Origin: a virus | Taxonomy: Duplodnaviria; Caudoviricetes | Strand: one strand, 5' to 3' | Length of the DNA stretch: 42,824 nt | IMG/VR virus record: IMGVR_UViG_3300031949_000082 | Span: 1 to 42,824 of that record | Shown here: positions 36,641-42,824 of the stretch, piece by piece | Numbering within the stretch: the stretch's first letter is position 1 | Layout: each line of letters starts with the position of its first letter | Translations under genes and position numbers: made by a program | The notes under the pieces: model-generated | The model's input: the letters and a program-made list of their open reading frames with translations, nothing else | Told to the model about the DNA's origin: nothing | Databases searched by the model: none

Positions 36641-36883
36641 ATGAACTGGAAGGACCTGTTCGATTCTCGCAAAGTCCGCACGGCGATGATTGCCGTAGTC
36701 GGTATTTATATGATCGCCACCAATGGCGAGAGCCCGGATAAGACCGCGACATTAGCGGCGATCGGGGCGATCTTCGCTCTCGGGGCAATCCATACGATCT
36801 GCCAGACGCTGCTCGACTGGAAGTGGCCGAAAGATTATTCGCAGCCGATATCTGCCGAAAAAATTGAAAAGCCGGAGGCCTGA
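36641..36883 (+). CDS. Two-TM membrane protein, holin-like
   Basis: LFDSRK followed by two hydrophobic segments and a charged tail; RBS AGGGAG. Confidence 0.55.
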   Translation: MNWKDLFDSRKVRTAMIAVVGIYMIATNGESPDKTATLAAIGAIFALGAIHTICQTLLDWKWPKDYSQPISAEKIEKPEA

Positions 36884-36993
36884 TCATGAAGCGGGTTTAT
36901 GTCCGAGTGCCATTGAAGATCGCACGGCGGATAACCGTTCCGGCCGGGCAGCTTCGCGAAAAAGAAAAATTGTAAATCTTGAAAGGGAAACCA

Positions 36994-37329
36994 ATGCTGA
37001 AGCGAAAATTTGTAATCTGTTACGTGTTATGCGGCCTGCTGTTTTGCGGATGTGCGAACATGCAGAGCAATCCGCGTGCCGAGTACCTGGCATCGCTGCG
37101 GGTATTCACGGCGACGGTCGATTCGCTCGCCCAACTGCAGCGGGCGGGCAAATTCAGCGACACCGAGACTGCCCGGGTGCTGGCCGTCATCGAGCAGGGC
37201 CGGGAGTATTTCAATCTGTGGGAGCCGGCCGCCGGGGCCGGTCAGCCCCGCCCGGATATCGCCGGGGCCGTCTCTGCGATTCTCGATGAGCTGCTGGCGA
37301 TCGAGCTGGCCAAAGACGGAGGTGACTAA
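36994..37329 (+). CDS. Predicted lipoprotein
   Basis: Basic N-terminus, hydrophobic stretch, lipobox-like LFCGC. Confidence 0.6.
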   Translation: MLKRKFVICYVLCGLLFCGCANMQSNPRAEYLASLRVFTATVDSLAQLQRAGKFSDTETARVLAVIEQGREYFNLWEPAAGAGQPRPDIAGAVSAILDELLAIELAKDGGD

Positions 37330-37544
37330 TGGACTCGGAAAAACTGATTTTGATCGTCTTGCTGCTAACTAAGGGACTGGAACTGGCCAATGAGCTGGCC
37401 ATGATCGCCCGCCGGGCGCTGGCCGGCGAAGAAATAACCGATGCGGAGCTGGACGCGGCGAAGGCGAAAATGGAAGCATCGGTCGAGAACTTCAAACAAG
37501 CGGCAAAGCCGGCTTTCTCGCCGCTGGAGCCGGCGGATGGATAA
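37329..37544 (+). CDS. Small helical protein coupled to the lipoprotein gene
   Basis: RBS GGAGGT; TAATG overlap. Confidence 0.6.
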   Translation: MDSEKLILIVLLLTKGLELANELAMIARRALAGEEITDAELDAAKAKMEASVENFKQAAKPAFSPLEPADG

Positions 37545-37608
37545 GGCTCTTTTGACAATTGTCAATTGTCAATTGTCAATTGACAATTATTGAAACGGAG
37601 GTTCGATT

Positions 37609-37824
37609 ATGCTGGTCATGACCGACGACAGGACGGACCGGGTCCATTTAACGGACCTGACGTGGCCGGAACTGTTCGCGTTAGCAGCCTGCGTCATCAA
37701 TACGGTATCGCTTACCGAGGATAGCGACGTCCACTCGCTGCTCGAGCCGCTGCTCGACGGCATGGACGCCGCAACTCATCACGCGCTGAACGAGCCCGCC
37801 CGCCGCGCGGCGAAAGGCCATTAG
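37609..37824 (+). CDS. Hypothetical protein
   Basis: RBS GGAGGT. Confidence 0.55.
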   Translation: MLVMTDDRTDRVHLTDLTWPELFALAACVINTVSLTEDSDVHSLLEPLLDGMDAATHHALNEPARRAAKGH

Positions 37825-37839
37825 AAAGGAGTCGATTCC

Positions 37840-38631
37840 ATGCCGAATCGTAAATCGCAAATCTTGAATCGTAAATCAAAAAGCGGCACGCGCGAATGGT
37901 CCGAGCATTCCGTCAACATCCAGCTCGGCTGCGAGTACGGCTGCCGATATTGCTACGCCAAATACGATGCGGTCTGCAGATACGGGCGGTGCATCGAGCC
38001 GGACTGGGCCCGGCCGGTCATGGATCAGAAAAAAGTTGACGGGCGTTTCGGCAAATATCGCGGCGTCGTGATGTTCCCGACCTGTCACGATATCACGCCG
38101 AGGAATCTGAGTGAGTGCCTGGTTGTGCTGCGAAAGTTGCTTGAAGCGGGCAACCAGGTGCTTATCGTAACGAAGCCGGCGTGGAGCTGCATCACGATGA
38201 TCTGCGAGATGCTCAAGGATTTCCGCAATCAAGTGACATTCCGGTTTACGATCGGCTCGGGCAGTCCGAATGTGCTGAAATTCTGGGAGCCGCGCGCGCC
38301 GGGCCTGGCTCAGCGGCTCGGCTGTCTGCAATATGCGTCCGAGTCAGGCTATGCCACGAGCGTCTCCTGCGAGCCGTTCCTGGATCCGTGGCCGCAGCAC
38401 GTGTACGAGGCCTGCCTGCCGTGGCTTACCGATTCGTTCTGGCTGGGCCTGCTGAACAGGCTGGATCAAAGAGTGGATCTCGGCGGCGTGCCTGCAGAAT
38501 TGATTGAGCGGTTCGTCACGCCGGTGAGAAAGACCCAGGCTCCGGCGATGCTGAAAGAATATTACAAACTCTTCAAGAACCTGCCGAAGGTCAAATTTAA
38601 GAAAGAGTTCCGGGACGCGGTGGGAATCTGA
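37840..38631 (+). CDS. Radical SAM protein
   Basis: CxxxCxxC motif GCEYGCRYCYA; LIVTK; VSCEPFL. Confidence 0.85.
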   Translation: MPNRKSQILNRKSKSGTREWSEHSVNIQLGCEYGCRYCYAKYDAVCRYGRCIEPDWARPVMDQKKVDGRFGKYRGVVMFPTCHDITPRNLSECLVVLRKLLEAGNQVLIVTKPAWSCITMICEMLKDFRNQVTFRFTIGSGSPNVLKFWEPRAPGLAQRLGCLQYASESGYATSVSCEPFLDPWPQHVYEACLPWLTDSFWLGLLNRLDQRVDLGGVPAELIERFVTPVRKTQAPAMLKEYYKLFKNLPKVKFKKEFRDAVGI

Positions 38632-38708
38632 ACGGCAGAATACAGTTGTCCATTGACAATTGACAATTGACAATTGACAAATACGGAATACGGGAGACGG
38701 AATATGGA

Positions 38709-39197
38709 ATGAGTGATGCGACAGATTCGTCTTTGATAAAACCCGTTCTCGACCAAAAGATGCGAGATATCTGCGGGCGTCCATATATGGGGCATCCCCG
38801 AGGCTGCCCGAATTACGGCAAACGAGATACATGTTCCCCTCGCCAGCGATTGCTCGATGAAATCATCGATCTATCAAAACCGGTATGGGCAATCTGGATC
38901 GAGTTTGATCTCGAACGGCAGCGAACCGAAATGTGGGCGAAGCATCCGAAATGGTCCCGCCGCCGGGCGGAATGCTGTCTGTACTGGCAAAAAGGAGTTC
39001 TGGCGGAGCTCAGGCATCAGGTTGCAAGTTTTTGTACGATGATGGTTTTGGGTACGAAGGAAAAATTAATGGCGCTTTACTGTCCGGAGGCCTGTGGCGT
39101 GAACGTCACTGAGACGATGAAGCGGATTGGAATAGAGCTTCAATGGCCGCCGAATGACATCGTTTACAAAATAGCGTTTATCGGGACTCCAGTCTAA
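38709..39197 (+). CDS. Cys-rich metal-binding protein (DUF2284-like)
   Basis: CPNYGK...CSP and PEACGVNV. Confidence 0.6.
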   Translation: MSDATDSSLIKPVLDQKMRDICGRPYMGHPRGCPNYGKRDTCSPRQRLLDEIIDLSKPVWAIWIEFDLERQRTEMWAKHPKWSRRRAECCLYWQKGVLAELRHQVASFCTMMVLGTKEKLMALYCPEACGVNVTETMKRIGIELQWPPNDIVYKIAFIGTPV

Positions 39198-39284
39198 AGT
39201 AACGAATACATTGACAACCCGAACTGAGTTGACAATGGACAATTGTCAATTATCAATTGTCAATTGATAAAGGAGAATTAAAAT

Positions 39285-39503
39285 ATGGAGAAGCACAAAG
39301 GCGAAGCGGCGAAGCGGCGCTACGTCTGCGAGCGTCACCCGGACCGGATCGCTTCGATATCTACCACCCTCAAGGGGCGATGCTGCTGGGAGTGTTATCT
39401 GCCGGCGGACGTATTCTCGAAGCGTTACGGTCCCGAGTTTTACAAACCAGGCGGTCCCGGCTGCGCCGGAAACGCCGGAAACGAAGAAAGGAAGGAATCA
39501 TGA
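39285..39503 (+). CDS. Small Cys/His protein
   Basis: RBS AAGGAG; CERH...CWEC; ATGA overlap with the ParB-like gene. Confidence 0.55.
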   Translation: MEKHKGEAAKRRYVCERHPDRIASISTTLKGRCCWECYLPADVFSKRYGPEFYKPGGPGCAGNAGNEERKES

Positions 39504-41119
39504 GTAAGGTCAAGACTTGTCAATTATCAATTGTCAATTGTCAATTGTCAATGATCACGCTGGCGAAAAACAACCCGCGGACAATCGATAAGAAAAGTTC
39601 GAGTTTCAACGAGCTCGTCGAGAGTATCGCCGCCCAGGGCGTGATCGTGCCCGTCCACGTTCGCTCGGATCCGTCGCACAAGAACGCTTACGAGTTGCTC
39701 GCCGGCGAGCGGCGGTATTGGGCGGCGAGGAAGGCGGCCCTTAAAACGATCCCGGCAATCGACCACGGCGGCATCTCCGACGAGGAGGCGTTCGAGATTA
39801 CATTCGCCGAGAACTTCCAGCGCGAGGACTTAACGACGTTGGAGCACGGCCGGGCCGTAGCTGTGCTGCTTGAAAAGTACAAGGCCGATTTTGCCGCCGT
39901 CGCCGCCAGGATCGGCCGTTCGGAGACGTGGGTCAGGATGCACCACTGCATCGAGGCCAATCTCGCCGACGAATGGAAAAAGGCGATATCGCCCGGCGGC
40001 GAGTACGAGAAATTGACTGCCGCTCACATGGGCCTGATAGCCAGGTTCCCGGCGGAAACGCAATTGCAAATTTACCGGCAGATGAAGCGCAGTTATATGC
40101 GGGACGTGCAGCTTACCGTCAAGGGCCTCGAACGGGAGGTCGCCGCTCTGCTGCGGCTGCTCTCGAAGGCTCCATTCGATCCGGCGGGCTGCGAACAGTG
40201 CATGAAGCGCAGCAGCGTTCAGCCTTCTTTGTGGCTCGACGACAGCGCACGGGCGATCGGGAAAGACGATCGCTGCCTGGACCCTCACTGCTGGGCCGCA
40301 AAGGAGATCGCCGCCGAAAAGCAGAAGGTCGGAGAGCTTCGCAAAAAGCGTCCCGGCCTGATAGCAGTCTCGACGTTTTTTATATATTCGGGCAGTGACG
40401 AGGCAAAAGCGGCTAAAGCCATCTATGGCACATATCTGCAACCGCACGAGTACAAAAGCTGTAAAAAGAGCGACAAGGGCGCCGTCCCGGCAGTAATGGT
40501 CGACGGCGAGGCCCGCGGCAAGATTCACTATGTTAAAGTGACCAAACACTCGCCTTCGAAGCCGAAAACCGAAACCGCAAAAGAAAAACAGGCGTCCGTT
40601 GAAAAGCAGCGATGGTCGATAGCCGTTTCGAGCCTGATGCGAAGGATTTCTGACGCTACATACGAGCAGATCCACGAATCCCACGCGATCGTCTGGCTGG
40701 CTGCGGTCTTCGGCGCCGCTGATTGTTACGGCGCCGAGCGCAGAGCGATTATCGAAGCATTCAAAAATAACTCGACCGATTTCCGGCCTGCCGGCGAGGC
40801 GATATGGCAGGATATCCGCGAGACTTTGAGAGGCTTCGCCGACAATTGCGACGGCGTCGCCGATGATATTGCCGTCGCCGGATTCGTCGCCGCGGTATTC
40901 GGCTGCGATCTGCAGGCCGAATACGATGCGGTCCGCATCTGCCGCGAGTGCGGCTGCACCGATTCGAAGACCTGTCCGGACGACGGGACGGGCAAGCCCT
41001 GCCACTGGGCCGAAGAGGACTTATGCAGCGCATGTAAGGCCAAGGCCGAACCGGCGGCGAAAAAGACGAAAGGACGCAATGGAAAATCCAAAAAAGCCGG
41101 ATCCCGAATCCGACGCTGA
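39500..41119 (+). CDS. ParB/Spo0J-like protein with C-terminal Cys-rich zinc finger
   Basis: LVESIAAQGVIVP, LLAGERRYWAA, ENFQREDL, HTH; C-terminal CRECGCT...C...CHW...LCSAC. Confidence 0.85.
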   Translation: MSKVKTCQLSIVNCQLSMITLAKNNPRTIDKKSSSFNELVESIAAQGVIVPVHVRSDPSHKNAYELLAGERRYWAARKAALKTIPAIDHGGISDEEAFEITFAENFQREDLTTLEHGRAVAVLLEKYKADFAAVAARIGRSETWVRMHHCIEANLADEWKKAISPGGEYEKLTAAHMGLIARFPAETQLQIYRQMKRSYMRDVQLTVKGLEREVAALLRLLSKAPFDPAGCEQCMKRSSVQPSLWLDDSARAIGKDDRCLDPHCWAAKEIAAEKQKVGELRKKRPGLIAVSTFFIYSGSDEAKAAKAIYGTYLQPHEYKSCKKSDKGAVPAVMVDGEARGKIHYVKVTKHSPSKPKTETAKEKQASVEKQRWSIAVSSLMRRISDATYEQIHESHAIVWLAAVFGAADCYGAERRAIIEAFKNNSTDFRPAGEAIWQDIRETLRGFADNCDGVADDIAVAGFVAAVFGCDLQAEYDAVRICRECGCTDSKTCPDDGTGKPCHWAEEDLCSACKAKAEPAAKKTKGRNGKSKKAGSRIRR

Positions 41120-41297
41120 ACAACAGGCCCGCAAGCTTTTAGCCGGATCGAAAAAATTTGTGGATATCTACAATGTCGGCGTAAAGGACGGTAAGTCCGC
41201 CGGCTGTCGAACATGCTGGGAAGCCGGCTTTTTCCTCGGGCGCAAGGCCGGCTGGGACGCCGCGGCCGGGAGCATTCACAATCCCAACATGAATTGA
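41079..41297 (+). CDS. Hypothetical protein
   Basis: RBS AAAGGA; YNVGVKDG...WEAGFFLG pattern. Confidence 0.5.
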   Translation: MENPKKPDPESDAEQQARKLLAGSKKFVDIYNVGVKDGKSAGCRTCWEAGFFLGRKAGWDAAAGSIHNPNMN

Positions 41298-41333
41298 ATC
41301 AACGAAATCAGCGTAATCCGCGGTTAAATAACA

Positions 41334-42659
41334 ATGACGAAAAAGCGATCTTCTACGAAATCGCCGGAACCGGCCCACGCGGCGTCTGAGATGAGTTTCT
41401 TTGAGATCGTCAACTGGAAGAAGGCCCAGCCGAAGCTGTCGGGCCGGGGCAATACCTGGTGCAAGAATTACACGTCGCTGCTCGAGCATGACGGATATGC
41501 CAGTCTCGCTGACGGATCGAGGAACCTGCTTCACATGCTCTGGCTCTATGCCGCCCGGACGGGGCAGCATATCCTGCCTGCCGACTCGAAATGGTTGTGG
41601 CGGCAGATACCTATTCTCAATTCCGAGCCGGATCTGCGGCCGCTGCTCGAGACTAAGGACATATACGGCCGTCCCACGCCGTTCCTGAGGCTCTGCGGGC
41701 CGCCGGGGCCCGACGACTCGCCCCGGGAGGATGTCTCGCACGAGGGCGGCAAAAAACGCAAATCGCCCGCACGCAAGCCTGCTGCGGCAGGCTCGAATGA
41801 TCCGTTGTCTGCCGAAGCCCTTGAGTCGTTATCGACGCGCGTTGCCGGGTCAACGGGATACGTTACTGTTCGGGCAACGGCAACAACTTTGAAGACAGGC
41901 AATCGCAGAGCGGCTGAAATCGTTAAGTCCATTGTCGAAGCGGGGTTAGCAGGTGACTATGTACCCGGCAAAGGCCGTCCGTTGAGTCGTTATCGAAAAA
42001 CAAAGACAGAAGAGAACAGATTAGAGAAGAGAAGACTAGGAAAGAACAGAGAAGATCCTGCGCCCTATCGGGCTTCGGATCATCCCGAAAAGAAAAGAAA
42101 ATCCCTTACGGGATTTTCCAAAGAAGAGCAGACGCAAGCCACAGCAGACCAGAGCAGTCCGGAGCAGACGCAAGCCACAGCAGACCAGAGCAGTCCGGAA
42201 CCCGAGAACCCGAGTATCCCGACGAATTCCGACGCGGAGCAGGCTAAGGTGCATCATGTGCCGAGGCCTGCCCGCTCGGCTGCTCGCGGGCCTGAGCAGA
42301 TCGGCGCCATCCTGGGCAGGCGGTTCAAGCCCTGGTGGGACGATGAGGATTGCGAGGCGTTCGCCTGGGCGATTGTCGAGGCCCTGGGCTATTCGTCCGA
42401 CAGGCTCAATCTGCAAAGCCGCAACGAGTGGGGTACGGTAGCGGCGTGGTGGTGGCAGCTAAAGCAAGCCGCGCCGTTCGCTATCATCGCGGAGCTGCGG
42501 GTCAAGGCGCTCGAAAAAGCGACGGAGATCAGGACCAAACGCAAACGGCACGTGAACAACCCGGGCGCGATGTGGGTTTACATTATGGGCAAGGAGATGG
42601 TGTCTCACGGTGTGAGGCTGCCCGATGAGCGGGCAGGGCCTCCGGCGGCGAATAATTGA
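41334..42659 (+). CDS. Putative replication initiator protein
   Basis: N-terminal IVNWKKAQ...WCK...LL...LWLYA; purine-rich EENRLEKRR linker; C-terminal NNPGAMW. Confidence 0.55.
   Translation: MTKKRSSTKSPEPAHAASEMSFFEIVNWKKAQPKLSGRGNTWCKNYTSLLEHDGYASLADGSRNLLHMLWLYAARTGQHILPADSKWLWRQIPILNSEPDLRPLLETKDIYGRPTPFLRLCGPPGPDDSPREDVSHEGGKKRKSPARKPAAAGSNDPLSAEALESLSTRVAGSTGYVTVRATATTLKTGNRRAAEIVKSIVEAGLAGDYVPGKGRPLSRYRKTKTEENRLEKRRLGKNREDPAPYRASDHPEKKRKSLTGFSKEEQTQATADQSSPEQTQATADQSSPEPENPSIPTNSDAEQAKVHHVPRPARSAARGPEQIGAILGRRFKPWWDDEDCEAFAWAIVEALGYSSDRLNLQSRNEWGTVAAWWWQLKQAAPFAIIAELRVKALEKATEIRTKRKRHVNNPGAMWVYIMGKEMVSHGVRLPDERAGPPAANN
42126..42197 (+). repeat. Perfect 36-bp tandem duplication within the putative initiator gene
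   Basis: GAGCAGACGCAAGCCACAGCAGACCAGAGCAGTCCG x2 (EQTQATADQSSP). Confidence 0.9.
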
Positions 42660-42784
42660 GGCGATGTAAAGCGATGTAAAGTCATTGTCACCCTGGATTT
42701 AGCGAGCATTGCGAATCGACGAATGGAAAGTGAAAAGTGCAAAATATGGCTTGTAAACTGCGTGACAATCAGCACTTGCATCGC

Positions 42785-42824
42785 GGGTCCTTCCCGGCCA
42801 ATACCGCCCAGCGGATAAATGAGG
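42785..42824 (+). other. cosQ-like GGGTCCT followed by the right copy of the terminal repeat
   Basis: GGGTCCT at 42785-42791 lies 22 nt before the 11-nt repeat, similar to the lambda cosQ-to-cohesive-end spacing; the terminase is gpA-family. Confidence 0.7.

Noticed and set aside
2756-41005. Long minus-strand ORFs (e.g. 2756..3760, 3779..4948, 7472..8623, 17226..18701, 39830..41005)
   Set aside because: They lie opposite well-supported plus-strand genes, lack motifs, and are expected with GC-rich codon usage.

Overview
This looks like a complete ~42.8 kb lambda-like siphophage genome. All credible genes are on the + strand. The ends share an 11-nt repeat, preceded by a lambda cosQ-type GGGTCCT, which suggests the sequence is linearised at cos. 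Gene order: small DNA-binding genes, terminase, gpW/portal/S49 protease, two capsid-cement paralogs, major capsid, neck and tail genes (with a -1 frameshifting chaperone), tape measure, tail tip, and receptor-binding-like modules. Next come seven glycan-type genes (3 SAM methyltransferases, an NAD-dependent epimerase, and GT8-like, GT9-like and GT9+GT4-like glycosyltransferases), a beta-helix protein and a very Ser-rich head-closure paralog. The final, probably early, region holds a PAPS-reductase family gene, an ATP-dependent DNA ligase, SEC-C, radical SAM, ParB-like and replication-initiator genes. No integrase, reverse transcriptase, CRISPR array, tRNA or clear endolysin was recognised. The best candidate for a new system is seven virion-module proteins carrying mixed-codon poly-serine tags next to a phage-encoded glycosylation/methylation cluster, i.e. 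a putative tag-directed virion glycan coat. Also notable: tail-tip domains apparently split across genes, 7-mer/9-mer repeat blocks at roughly 25-30 gene junctions, and exact short copies of the phage's own genes pasted elsewhere in the genome. Protein family calls rest on motif recognition and gene order only; no database search was run.
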